DNA of 64,000 nucleotides. Source: Octopus vulgaris. Taxonomy: Eukaryota. Positions within the stretch are counted from its first letter, which is position 1, and every line of letters starts with the position of its first letter. Location of the stretch: the NCBI GenBank assembly GCA_951406725.2, contig OX597819.1:14322001-14386000 (forward strand), read 5' to 3'. Shown here piece after piece: positions 30,900 to 44,605 of this stretch. The notes under the pieces are model-generated. The model saw nothing but the letters and a program-made list of their open reading frames with translations. It did no database searches and was not told the DNA's origin. The position numbers and the translations under genes are program-made.

Positions 30900-31190
30900 G
30901 CAAGTATTTTATCTTGCTGGTTGGTAACAACAAGTATCCTCAAATCTTAAGAATCTTCCTTAGAATTCTTACAGAATATACGATGGTACTTTGCTGCAGG
31001 TTGGTACTGCAAGCTTCAATTCCAATCTCTTTCTGTCTTTTAAGTAGCATTTTTGGGTGGTGTGCCAAGTGCACCAATTATTACAAGAATAATTGCTGTC
31101 TTGGTCTTCCACAGTCTTCCCAGCTCTCAGGCTAGATCCTAATATTTCTCAATTTTTTCAATACCTGCCAACTAAATTAGTATGCACTAA

Positions 31191-31261
<71 letters not shown>

Positions 31262-31501
31262 CCAGCGTACTGAGGAGACTGTGGCAGACCAAGACAACAA
31301 TTATTCCTGTAGTAATTGGTGTAATTGGCACGATACCCAAAATGCTACCTAAGAGACTGAGAGGAGATCAGAATTGAAACTCGCTCTGTCGACATGCAGA
31401 AAAGAGCCATTCTATATTCTGCAAGAATCCTGAGAAACATGGGTGGGATTCGAGATAACTTGAAAATAAAATACCTGCTAACTAAATTAGCATGCACTAG
31501 C
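30900..31501. mobile_element. Two R4/Dong 3' fragments (30900-31158 minus with a plus-oriented tail 31159-31191; 31261-31501 plus)
   Basis: RLWQTKTTIIPVVIGVIGTIPK...MQKRAILYSARILRN. Shared tail AATACCTGC.AACTAAATTAG.ATGCACTA followed by (AAT)n. Confidence 0.7.
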
Positions 31502-31559
<58 letters not shown>

Positions 31560-31585
31560 GGATAATAATAAGGATAATAATAATG

Positions 31586-31634
<49 letters not shown>

Positions 31635-31660
31635 GGATAATAATAAGGATAATAATAAGG

Positions 31661-31730
<70 letters not shown>

Positions 31731-31768
31731 GGATAATAATAAGGATAATAATAAGGATAATAATAATG

Positions 31769-31814
<46 letters not shown>

Positions 31815-31840
31815 GGATAATAATAAGGATAATAATAATG

Positions 31841-31889
<49 letters not shown>

Positions 31890-31915
31890 GGATAATAATA
31901 AGGATAATAATAATG

Positions 31916-31958
<43 letters not shown>

Positions 31959-31984
31959 GGATAATAATAAGGATAATAATAATG

Positions 31985-32041
<57 letters not shown>

Positions 32042-32260
32042 TTAATAATAATAATAATAATAATAATAATGATAATAATAATAATAATAATTATGATAAT
32101 AACAATAATAATGATAATAATAATAATAATAATATTAATAATAATAATGATAATAATAATAATAATAATATTAATAATAATAATGATAATAATAATAAGG
32201 ATAATAATAAGGATAATAATAATGATAATAATAATAATAATAATATTAATAATAATAATG

Positions 32261-32300
<40 letters not shown>

Positions 32301-32353
32301 GGATAATAATAATGATAATAATAATAATAATAATAATATTAATAATAATAATG

Positions 32354-32411
<58 letters not shown>

Positions 32412-32425
32412 GGATAATAATAATG

Positions 32426-32474
<49 letters not shown>

Positions 32475-32566
32475 TAATATTAATAATAATAATGATAATA
32501 ATAATGATAATAATAATAATAATAATGATAATAACAATAATAATGATAATAATAATAATAATAATG

Positions 32567-32624
<58 letters not shown>

Positions 32625-32637
32625 GGATAATAATAAT

Positions 32638-32687
<50 letters not shown>

Positions 32688-32701
32688 GGATAATAATAAT
32701 G

Positions 32702-32792
<91 letters not shown>

Positions 32793-32860
32793 GGATAATA
32801 ATAATGATAATAATAATAATAATAATAATAGTAATAATAATAATAAGGATAATAATAATG

Positions 32861-32926
<66 letters not shown>

Positions 32927-32953
32927 TTAATAATAATAATGATAATAATAATG

Positions 32954-32984
<31 letters not shown>

Positions 32985-32991
32985 TAATAAC

Positions 32992-33065
<74 letters not shown>
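31502..33065. repeat. 1.56-kb (AAT)n array with patterned AGG/ATG/TTA variants
   Basis: Directly visible; it produces the 574- and 638-aa poly-I pseudo-ORFs. Confidence 0.95.
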
Positions 33066-33067
<2 letters not shown>

Positions 33068-33619
33068 GCCCTGATGCAGTACCAGGCAATGGCTCTCATG
33101 GCTTCTGATCTTAACTGATTGGAAGTGTTATCATGTACATTGTTTTGTCTTGGTATAAAAGATGGGCTACAGCAAATATTCTGCTCAATACCAGATTTGC
33201 TTGTCAGTTGTTTGACCTTAACCAGTTGAGCATGTCCCTTAGTGGCTGACGATATGTGCATCTCTGATCACGAGCAGAAGTAGTGGGGGAGCATCATAGC
33301 CATGTGTTGAGAGGGATTCTTTGGGGTTTGAATAGTTCACCTCTGGAAACATGGGTGGTTCTTTCAACATCCTTAAACAACCCTTATTCAGGGACCGTTT
33401 GAGCGGGATGGGCTACTCAACCTGAAGAAAATTCTAACTGGGTCCCACCTGCAAGGTCATGTGCTGTTTATCTTGATATGAGGTCACCATGTCGCGCACA
33501 TATGTTTGTGATGCATGTGTCTGGTGTACCCTTATCAGACGGGTAGTCATGAGGGGTATACTGGGCTTCGTATATTTTACCCCAGTGTCACTTTGATGGC
33601 ATGCTCTGCTCGCTCACTC

Positions 33620-33620
<1 letters not shown>
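33066..33620 (+). mobile_element. Family D 555-bp (AAT)n-embedded element
   Basis: ATGCCCTGATGCAGTACC ... CTCACTCA flanked by AAT repeats. Confidence 0.85.
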
Positions 33621-33652
<32 letters not shown>

Positions 33653-34110
33653 CATCTGCAAACAGTGTACTGGTGTCATGAGAAATGTTTATATAATATG
33701 ACCGTCTGTCTTGACGTTTTGATTTCAAATTCTGCCGAGATCGACTTTGCCTTTCGTTTTTTCGGGTTCGATAAATTGAGTATCAGTCGTGTACTGGGAT
33801 CGATCTAATCAACTGGCCTCCTCCCCACAAAAAATTCAGGCCTAGAAAAGTATATTGTAACAGTTACAGAATATAGAAAGTAATGTAGCACCAATGACTA
33901 TATAATCCGACCAAAATATCTTTGTTACACAAACGTAAACAGAATTACTATTTAGCGTTAAAATACGTACATACTCGAAGAACCTTAATGTACAAATTGA
34001 AATGCAAAAGAACGAAATAATAAATGGATTTATCAATAAAATTTGGTAATTGCGTTTATTTCTACCAGGCGACACTTATTATTGCAAACATGTTTTAACT
34101 AACCTAAACT

Positions 34111-34174
<64 letters not shown>

Positions 34175-35074
34175 TCATATACATTATATGTCTCGAGTTG
34201 TAGCTGTAATTCAAAGGGTCCAACCTTGTCATATTCTGTGTGAGGCTGAACCTCCCTGAGAACTGCGTTAATGTTAAGCATGTCTGTGGAGTACTCATCA
34301 ATTTGTGAGTTAATTTTATCCTAGTGTGGTAATGAAAAGTGAAATTGACAGCCAATATTTGCTGTGTGTATGTATCTATGTTTGAACTTTTCTTTGGATT
34401 CATGTATTTACTGTCTCTCTCTTCCTTTCTCTTTCTCTTTCACTTCCTTTATGTCCCATATCTCTCTCGCTTTTGATTTAACAATGTGTATATGTATCTA
34501 TGTATCTACTTCTCTTGCGTTGTGATAAACATTTTAAAACACAAAACGAACGCCGTCACCACCCACTGTCTCTTTCTCTCTCTCTCTTTCTCTCTCACTC
34601 TCCCTTTCTCTCTGTCCTCGCTGTCCTCCTCCTCCTCTTTCTCTCTCTCTCTTTACCACTTCTTTGAGGTACGTGTGACGCAGACAACAGGTTCGTACTA
34701 AAACAAAAGTTATCATATTAATATTATTGATAATGATGATGATCGTGATAATAATAATGATAATCCTTTCTACTGGAGACACAAGGCCTGAAATTTAGAG
34801 GGGAAGGGAAAAGTCGATTAGATCGACCCAGTACTCAACTGGTACATCCGAACGGATGAAAGGCAAAGGCGACCTCGGCGGAATTTGAACTCAGAACGTA
34901 GCGGCAATCATAATTGTTTCCAATTTTGTCACAAGGACAGCAGTCTTGATGGAGAGTGGATGAATCGATTACATTGACCCCAGTGTTCAACTGGTACTTA
35001 TTTTATCGACCCTGAAAGGATAAAAGGCAAGGTTGACTTCGGCAGTATTTGAACTCGGGACGTGAAGAAATGCC

Positions 35075-35149
<75 letters not shown>

Positions 35150-36948
35150 CCTTTCTACTATTGGGAGAGGCGGATAGTCGATTGCATCGACCCCAGTGCG
35201 TAACTGGTACTTATTTTCTTGACCCCAAAAGGGATGAAAGGCAAATTCAGCCTCGGTGGAATTTGAACTCAGAACTTCCTAACCAAACAACCCAGCTTTG
35301 TCAATTAAAAAAAAAAATGTAGCTTTCTTTTTATAGGTCTGTGAGTAACGGTTTCATTTCTATTTCTATTTCCGCCTAATTCTATGTAAATGTCTGTATT
35401 AATTCTAAAAAATATTCAAATTTATGCATAATGAGTCGACGGGGAAATATGAAATGTGAACAAACTGATTAAATTTAGTTTCACCAGATGGCGCTGACAG
35501 CTCGATGGAAGTATTTTCACATAGTTAACCCCCAGTTCAACCCGACCACCACCAGCACCACCACCAGCACCACCACCATAATCACCACTACCACTGCCAT
35601 AATTACCATTACCACCACCACCACCACCACCACCACCAACACCACTAACACCACCACAACCACTACCAACACCACTAACACCACCACTACCACCAACACC
35701 ACTAACACCACGACCAACAACAACAATACCACTAACACTACCACCACCACCACCACCACCACCACCACCACAATCATCCTCAGCACGTTCACTGTGCTTA
35801 TTTTAGTGATTTGGGTATTCGACTAATGATCGCAAGGTTGTGAGTTCGATTCCCAACGGCGCGTTCTGTCCTCGAGCAAGGTACTTTATTCCACGCTGCT
35901 CCTGTCCATTCGGCTACCAAAAAGGATTTGCAGCTGTGTTTCAAAGGACTCGCCTTGTTACGTTCTGTATAACACTGAATCCCCCTGAGAACTTACGTTG
36001 AAGCTATGCATGTCTGTGGAGTACTCAGCCACTTGCACGATTTCACGAGCAGGCTTTTCTCTTGATCGGACCAGCTGGAACCCAAGCCGTCGTAATCGGT
36101 GGAGCGCCAGTTTTTTGATATATCGTTGCCACAAAAACAACAACAACAACAATTAATGATACCGTGAAGCAATTGGGAAAGCTTCTGTGCTCGTTCCTTT
36201 CACTAGAAAGAATAGCTAGATGTTCCTCATATCGCGCATCGTACAGTTTTAGAAATGTAATATACACAGTGCATAGTATAATGTAGTCCTAGGTAGATTG
36301 TGCTTGAAAAAAAAAGAAAGGGTCGCAATTATTACGGCTGGGAGTCTTCGGTCATGTATTTGCTGAACCCTAGTTTGCCTACAGCTACATAAAGAGAACT
36401 GTAATTAACAGGAAACCGCCCAGAAGGCGTAATAACCTGCGATATTATAGGCATGGAGCCTGAAATTTAATGGGAGGGAGCTAGTGGATTACGTTGACCC
36501 CCAGTACTCAACTGGTACTTATTTTTATCAACCCCGAAGGATGAAAGGCAAAGTCCACCTCGGCGGAATTTGGACGTAGACCGTAAGAAAGAGACGAGAT
36601 GCCGCAAAGTATTTTGCCCGGCGCGCTAACGGTTCTGCTAGCTTTACCGCCTTAAGGATAAGAATGGTTTCAGGTTTTGGCACAAGACCTGGAATTCTGG
36701 AGGCGGGGGTGGGGGTAGTCAAATACATGGACCCCAGTGTTTAACTGGTACTTATTTTATCGACCTCGAAAGGGAGGGAAGACAAAATCGACCTCGATGT
36801 TAAACTGGAACTCAAAATGTTAAGACGTTCCGTCTTAATATATTCATGTCATATTTCCTGATAATGATTACACATGATGGGTAAAATTTGGTCCCTAAGT
36901 TACCCATCACATAACGAGTTACACCCTAGTAAACATACATACATACAT

Positions 36949-37505
36949 GGTGGCTGCCCCCTCGTTATCGAGTATGGCCATTGCATGAAGCTTAATCAAA
37001 GTTGTTATCGTGCAATGCCTGTGCAAGAAGATTTTTTTTTAAAGTGAGTAAAGGCTGTGCACTGAGTCAATCCCACTCACTAAGCAACAGCAGCCATAAT
37101 CCAAAAAGAAGAACAAGTCAACATCATCGGTAAACACTGAGCCGCAGGTTTTATGTCGGAGTTATCCCAGTTACCTGAGTTACCTTCTCCTAGAAGGATG
37201 CCCTAACAAAGGCTAGGAGTCTTTCACTCCCAATGGTTTAACCGCACGATCGGGTATTCAGTCCGATTATTTCTATGTCCCCGCGCATGATACAGCCTTA
37301 AGACATTTATTGGATGGCCGTTGACTCTCAAGAGTTCCTCCGCCCTTTGACGTGACGGGTTTTGTTTTTCATCCCGCAGGGTGTCCAATAAACAGCCTCC
37401 TCACCAAGCAAGCTTGGTGGGGTTACCGGTTTAGTCGCCGACTACCCGACCATGCAACAGGTTGTACTGGGTTACATGTTACCAGTAGCACTCGAAAGTG
37501 ACCTG
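36949..37505 (-). mobile_element. Probable non-autonomous RTE-derived element within (CATA)n
   Basis: Non-coding, flanked by CATA repeats. The end near 37425-37480 recurs, diverged, at 61695-61750. The resemblance to RTE UTRs is from recall only. Confidence 0.4.
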
Positions 37506-37613
37506 ACATACATACATACATACATACATACATACATAAATACATACATACATACATACATAAATACATACATACATACATACATTCATACATACACTCA
37601 TACAAACGCATAT

Positions 37614-37668
<55 letters not shown>

Positions 37669-38215
37669 TTAAATAATGATGGTAGAAATTAATATTAATT
37701 TAAACCAGTGGCCTAGCATACTTTAAAAAATCCGAAAATTAAGAAATCATATTACATACATATATAAGAGGAATAACCACCAAGGTGGATTCCTAATATA
37801 GTAGAAGACGCCAAATCGTGGTAAGACGATTCGGCGGCTTCTAGCATATTAGAAATCCAAATCCACAATTGAGGGTAAAATTAATTAATTAATCAATTTC
37901 ACCAAGTATTAGTATATATTTAAGGCGAATTCAAATTATTACATTATATAGGGCTTATATATATATATACTATATATATATATATATAAAAATCTCTCTC
38001 ATATAGGTTTCTCAATTCAAATATGGGGTAGAGACATTAAAAATCAAATAATTTAGTTCAAGATTATCTGACAATCAGCTTCACTGAAATGGAGCATTTC
38101 GCTCATGCTTCAAGTAACAGTGCCAGTATGCGAAGAAAAGCGGGACACTATGCTTTTTTTCGAGGCATTAAATAGAGAGATGAATTCAAATTATTACCAT
38201 TATATGCAAAGGGAA

Positions 38216-38287
38216 TAAGGCGAATTCAAATTATTACATTATATTATATAATTATATAATATAATGTAATAATTTGAATTCGCCTTA
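38216..38287. repeat. Perfect 72-bp palindrome at the centre of a larger fold-back
   Basis: TAAGGCGAATTCAAATTATTACATTATATTATATAA followed directly by its reverse complement. Confidence 0.9.
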
Positions 38288-38580
38288 AATGGTCCCTTTG
38301 CATACTGAATACTTGGTGAAATTGATTAATTAATTAATTTTACCCTCAATTGTTGAAATTATAATTCATCTCTCTCTATTTAATGCCTCGGATTTTACCG
38401 AAAAAAGCATAGTGTTTACTGATTTTAACCCACGCTGGTGGAAAGGGGAGAACAGAAATTCTTCGCTTGCATATTTGAATTTGCTGGCACTGTTAGTTTC
38501 GAGCAGATCTTCAGAAGCGATAGGAAGCCGAAAGGGTATGCTCCCACTTTCAGTGTTTTCAAATCCAAACCAGGGAGTTC

Positions 38581-38633
38581 TGAGCTGATGATAGAAGTGT
38601 CGAGTTTGACTAATCTTGAAACGTACGTTCTCA
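38581..38633 (+). ncRNA. Type I hammerhead ribozyme motif, intact core
   Basis: TGAG CTGATGA T AGA..GTC-GAGTTT-GAC..TCT T GAAA C-GTAC-G TT CTCA, with palindromic AACGTACGTT. Confidence 0.65.
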
Positions 38634-38816
38634 AATAACCTTTGCATTTGATTTTTTAATGTCTCTACCCCCATACTTTCGTGAGTTGAATTGAGCAAAG
38701 CACTATATGAGAGAGATTTTCTTTAAGTATTGGAAATAGTTTAAAAAAAGTTTTTTTAGCTGCTATTTCTAATGAGTTCAGTATGCGGCAAAGTAATTTA
38801 TTTTACTAAGCCCTTT

Positions 38817-38866
<50 letters not shown>

Positions 38867-38869
38867 ATA

Positions 38870-38959
38870 ATCTCCGAAGAGGTTTTAGGATATTTTTGTT
38901 AATGTCTCATTTATAACTACGAGACATACTTATCTGCATGGCCGAAACAGCTGTAAGAT
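38870..38959 (+). ncRNA. Hammerhead-like motif with long helix II (U4 to C variant)
   Basis: ATCT CCGAAGA GGTT...ATGTCTC/GAGACAT...GGCC GAAA C-AGCT-G TA AGAT. Confidence 0.5.
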
Positions 38960-39175
38960 GTAGTCTATATCTATACTTATATTTACTTATTTTTATATTA
39001 TCTTATACATATTGTACTTACTGTATAACATTACTCCTTTATGTACACTATTTTGTTTTACTTTATTATGTTTGTCCTTACAGTTTCTTATGTGGTGGTT
39101 TAATAAAGTATGTGATTGGGTATTATCTGGTAATCGATATTTGACTTAGATGTATTTCTCCATTTTCTTATTTTG

Positions 39176-39262
<87 letters not shown>

Positions 39263-39289
39263 GAAGTTTGAAAATGCTGCTATATTAGA

Positions 39290-40781
39290 CAAATTTTAAT
39301 TTTTATATATACATTATTTATTCAACATGTTTCGGTTCTTGAAATGACGAACCTTATCAAAAAAATTATATATAAAAAAGATAGTTCATGCTATCAAATA
39401 TAAAAAATTCATATATAATATTCAATAGAGTCAAACATAAAAAATTCATATATAGTAAAGCGAGTCCATGCTATATGTTTAAAGAGTATGATGTAGTAGT
39501 TCATGGTGGTGATATGCATTCAATAGAGTCAAATATAAAAAAATTATGTCCTTGAAAAAGCGAGGAATTCATTTTAGATTTTACCTTGTGTTCCAATGGG
39601 AGCAACTGTAATGATTTTTGGTTGGTGTCTGTTCGTATAGTTTTGGTGAATTTTGTGAATTGTTTGGATTTATATCAGCTCAGCTTAGCTGTCTCACTTG
39701 CATTTTTCACTGACGTCATATAGTTCCCAACCAATCAAAACTCAGTCTCAACGAATATATCCTGTTAGGAAACCAACCAAGCAGAACGACAGTTTGGCCA
39801 CGGAAGAAATACGTCATCCTTGTTTTTGACGGATTGAAATTAGATCTGATCCATGACTGTATCCTGTTAGGTGGCTAGTCCAGCGGAACGAGACGTCATC
39901 AATGTTTTGACCAATCATCTCGTTAGGTGGCTAGTCCAGCAGAACGGGACGTCATCAATGTTTTGACTAATCATCCCGTTAGGTGGCTAGTCCAGCAGAA
40001 CGAGACGTCATCAATGTTTTGACCAATCAGAATCGGGCCTGACCTATAGCTGTATTAGATCTGACCCATGACTGTATCCTGTTAGGTGGCTAGTCCAGCG
40101 GAACGAGACGTCATCAATGTTTTGACCAAGCAGAATCAGGTCTGACCCTTAGCTGTATCGTGTGTGGAAACCGACCAAGCAGGGTGACAATGGCTTGCCC
40201 ACTGAGGTAATACGTCATCAGTTTCTTGACGAATCAAGATTAGATCTGCTCGTAGAGATCTTTTTATAAATTTTTTTCTTTCCCTAAGACATATCTCTGT
40301 CAGTGTGAGTGACTGTTTAAGGCAGCGGCCGTGGTAGAATTTCGCTTCTCCTTTTCGGAGGACCAATGTTTTGTTTTAATATTCCTGGCCCAGGGTGTTC
40401 AAACTTGGTCTAAATTTTTTGATGAAATACAGGTCTTTATTTTGGCGTTGCGTGAAGGTTACGCTGTCACTGAATTTATAAAGCGGGTAAGTTGTAAATT
40501 TCGGATTTATATTTCCAGCACATCTATCTATGTGTCCGCTGACCGGTATTTTCCGGTATTCAGGGTTTCTAATTTGTGATTTATGCACCGCCATCCTGTT
40601 ACGTAAGCTATTTTTTGTATGGCTTATATACTGCCTATTGCAGCCTGCGCATGTTAAGACGTAAATTAAGTTTTCTGATGCGCAGGTGAAGTTTGCTCTA
40701 ATGGTGAACTGATGGCCTTGTTCTAGTATAAATTCTGAACCTTCTATCAAGATGACACAGATTCCGCAATGTTTGTTTCTA
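39290..40781 (-). mobile_element. 5'-truncated Penelope-like element: GIY-YIG endonuclease, repeat-rich 3' region, decayed hammerhead
   Basis: GIY-YIG ORF at 40781-40376, then tandem repeats, then TTGATAA GGTTC..GAACC GAAA CATGTT at 39360-39321. Confidence 0.75.
40376..40781 (-). pseudogene. GIY-YIG endonuclease domain of a Penelope-like element (Neptune-type Cys motifs)
   Basis: HCGIC...FTCASENLIYVLTCAGCNRQYISHTKNSLRNRMAVH...VSGH...FIKKFRPSLN. YIG is mutated to YIS and no RT lies upstream. Confidence 0.85.
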
Positions 40782-41396
40782 TGTCATAAAAACAGGTTTT
40801 ACATTAAATTGAAGGAGCACTCAATACATTTTGTAGGGCGCAAACTTATCATTCTTAAACAAAAATAATACTGAATGTGACTTCGAAGTTTCTGCTATTA
40901 TGAAACTGTAATGCATTTAAATTCATCTTGGCTTTATATAGTCTCTGCTAAATTAAAAATTTTCACAATGACCTGAGTTCTGTTGAATGATAATTAGGTT
41001 GTGGTGGTCAGATGGCATGGAAAATTCTATTGATTAGATTTCAGGTAAGCGCTAATTGTTAGAATTTGTTCATGCATGTATAGCTTTGTAATTAGGTGTG
41101 TATGTTTAGGTGTGACAGCTTAAGGACATGGGCATTCATAAAAGAGTGCAGTTAGGTTGCTGATCAGATCTGTCACTTGTTGGTCGGGGGACGTAATGCT
41201 CGTTCATGGTGGGATACGAAACCATGACCTTTAGAATAGAGGTCATCAGGTCATATTTTATGTTGATGGTGGTGGTGGTGGTGGTGGTGGCTAGTGGAGA
41301 TGACGGTGGTGATAATAATAAGAATTTGATGTTGGTGGTATTGTGGAAGCTGATAATGATGACGACGATGATGATAACAACAAAAGCTGAAATAGA

Positions 41397-41497
<101 letters not shown>

Positions 41498-41987
41498 TAA
41501 AAATAATAATAATAATAATAAAAATAATAATAATAACAACAACAACAATAACAACAACGACGACAACAACAACTGTTGACGTCATTGTCACCACCAGCAA
41601 GCACTACGAAGTACCACCGTCGCAGCTACCGCTATCGCCGCCGCCACCGTCCCCGCTGCCGCCGCCGCCGCCGCCGCCACCGCCACCACCGCCGCCGTCG
41701 CCACCGTCACAACATTCACCACCACCACCATCATCATCATGACGTGACGGTATCTAGTGGTGGTGTGTATGTCAACAATGTTATATCAGAGAAGGTGTTG
41801 AAATCTGTCTTGTACAGAAAGAAGAAACATGAAAAAGCCCCGTCACTCCCCCACCCACCCGACTCCGCCCGTTTGGCTCATTAAGCTGCAACATATAGCA
41901 ATGTGACACACGATGTACAAACAACTAAACGTTGATCAGACACAATCTTCCTCTCTCTTTTTCTCTGTCTATCTGCCTGTCTCTCAA

Positions 41988-42019
<32 letters not shown>

Positions 42020-42215
42020 GAAACTCCCCCTTTTCCTCTTTGCTTTTCTCAAACTCTCATTCACTTCTAATCTGACTCCATTACCATCTCTACTGCTCTT
42101 ACTTCATCTTATTCTTTTTCATAAATATATCCCCAAATATATATTTATATACACGCATACCTACTTAACATACATCTGTACAAATATACCTACATTTATA
42201 CACATGTATATACAA

Positions 42216-42327
<112 letters not shown>

Positions 42328-42412
42328 TACATACATATGTATATATACATATATACATACATATATATATATATATACATATATACATACATATATATAT
42401 ATACATATATAC

Positions 42413-42517
<105 letters not shown>

Positions 42518-42744
42518 AACACCTATGCACATGTAGAACCACACACACATGTCTATGCATACATAGATGCATGTTCAGTCATAGACTGCCTTCGTCCTCC
42601 AACGAAATACGACATACAAAAACCCAGCCAATAAATTGGATCAGAAAGATCACATCTCCAGTGATTTGTCAACATTTCACGTTGACAAATCTCAAAATTA
42701 CATCTTCAACGGTCTTTTACATCTCTCTCTCTTTCTCTTTCTCT

Positions 42745-42802
<58 letters not shown>

Positions 42803-43023
42803 GTCGCTGGCCAACCGCCCAACGTTACCCCACACCGTCCGCCATCATGAAATTCATTATCCGCCCGGCATCCCGCCTCCTACCGTAGTAAATGTCAAAT
42901 GAAGTCTGACCGAGTTCATTGGCAAATATCGCCATTGGAAAAGATCGATATTCGGAGAGAGGGATAGAGAGTAACAGAAAAGGAGAAGAGAGAGAATAGT
43001 GATATTTGATATCTATATCTTAT

Positions 43024-43064
<41 letters not shown>

Positions 43065-43098
43065 TATATATATACACACACACACATATATACATATA

Positions 43099-43144
<46 letters not shown>

Positions 43145-43469
43145 TGTGTTTGTGTGTGTGTATAGGGAAAATTTAATCGCTTCTAAATGTGATGTAGGTT
43201 GCTGAATAGCACTTATATTGCTAGAAATAGCAGTTATGTTGCTAGAAATTCTTAAGGCTGCATAAGCACGAGCACGCACACACACACGCACACACATACA
43301 CACACACACATATTTCTCGTGTGTGTGTGTGTGTGTGTGTAACGTAAAGGGTTAGGGATTTGTTAAATGAGACGTCTTTAAACAGGCAACAAATTCCCAC
43401 TAAAATATTTTTATAGTCCCTGGTTTATGTTGCGCTGTTTTGCGTTAAGTTTATGATTAAGGTTATATG

Positions 43470-44222
43470 TTCTTTTCTACGCTAGGCACAAGGCCCGAAA
43501 TTTTGGGGGAGAGGGTCAGTCGATTAGATCGACCGCACTACGCAACTGATACTTAATTGATCGATCTCGAAAGAATGAAAGACCTCGGCGGAATTTGAAC
43601 TCAGAACATAAAGACAAACGAAATACCTATTTCTTTACTACCCACAAGGGACTAAACACAGAGGGGACAAACAAGAGCAGACAAATGGATTAAGTCGATT
43701 ACATCGACCCCAGTGCGTAACTGGTACTTATTTAATCGACCCCGAAAGGATGAAAGGCAAAGTCGACCTCGGCGAAATTTGAACTCAGAACGTAACGGCA
43801 GACGAAATACCTATTTCTTTACTACCCACAAGGGGCTAAACACTAAGAGGACAAACAAGGACAGAGAAACGGATTAAGTCGATTATACCGACCCCAGTGC
43901 GTAACTGGAACTTAATTTATCGACCCCGAAAGGATGAAAGGCAAAGTCGACCTCGGCGGAATTTGAACTCAGAACGTAACGGCAGACGAAATACCCATTT
44001 CTTTACTACCCACAAGGGGCTAAACACTGAGAGGACAAACAAGGACAGACAAAGGGATTAAGTCGACTATACCGACTACAGTGCGTAACTGGTACTTATT
44101 TAATTGACCCCGAAAGGATGAAAGTCGACCTCAGCGGAATTTGAACTCAGAACGTAGCGGCAGAGAAAATACTGCTAGGCATTTCGCCCGGCGTGCTAAC
44201 GTTTCTGCCAACTCACCGCCTT
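43470..44222 (-). mobile_element. SINE A head-to-tail tetramer
   Basis: One full head, three tail-1 junctions into GGTATTTCGT at about 43990, 43810 and 43627; the last unit has tail 2. Confidence 0.85.
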
Positions 44223-44605
44223 TATACAATCTGTATAACACAACATTAGTTTTCCTGAATGGTGTATTTATTTCTCTCTGTTAGTTTCTGTAATAACATA
44301 ATTTAGTATGTCTTAATGATTTAGAGTTCATTAGTCAATTAGAGAAGGCTATTAATCAGAGAAACTTATAAGGAAAGCGATCAATAAAATAATTACTTTC
44401 CCATTCCAGTTGTACAAATGAATAAAGTAAAATGAAAGCGAGTCGAAGCAATATATATATAAACTCCAAACAGACTGAAGACTACCAAAGACTTCCAATT
44501 ATCTAAGAGGAATTCTAAGAAATGTCTTTCAGCATATTAGAGTAAGTATTAGTGTGAAGAGTAAGGGGTAGGCAGACTTGTTGGAGTCTCCGATATATGT
44601 TCTGG

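Noticed and set aside
31345-33261. 574- and 638-aa ORFs and other poly-I/Y/HT/VC ORFs
   Set aside because: They are translations of simple repeats with no coding signal.
33545-33602. SECIS-like AUGA...UGAU hairpin in family D
   Set aside because: It lacks the apical AA and there is no selenoprotein context.
38485-38518. Minus-strand CTGAAGA...GAAA
   Set aside because: No helix II, and the cleavage triplet would be GUG.
43470-44222. CRISPR-like regular repeats (also 8296-8931 and 39860-40140)
   Set aside because: No unique spacers, no cas genes, and the context is eukaryotic; these are SINE/PLE tandem units.
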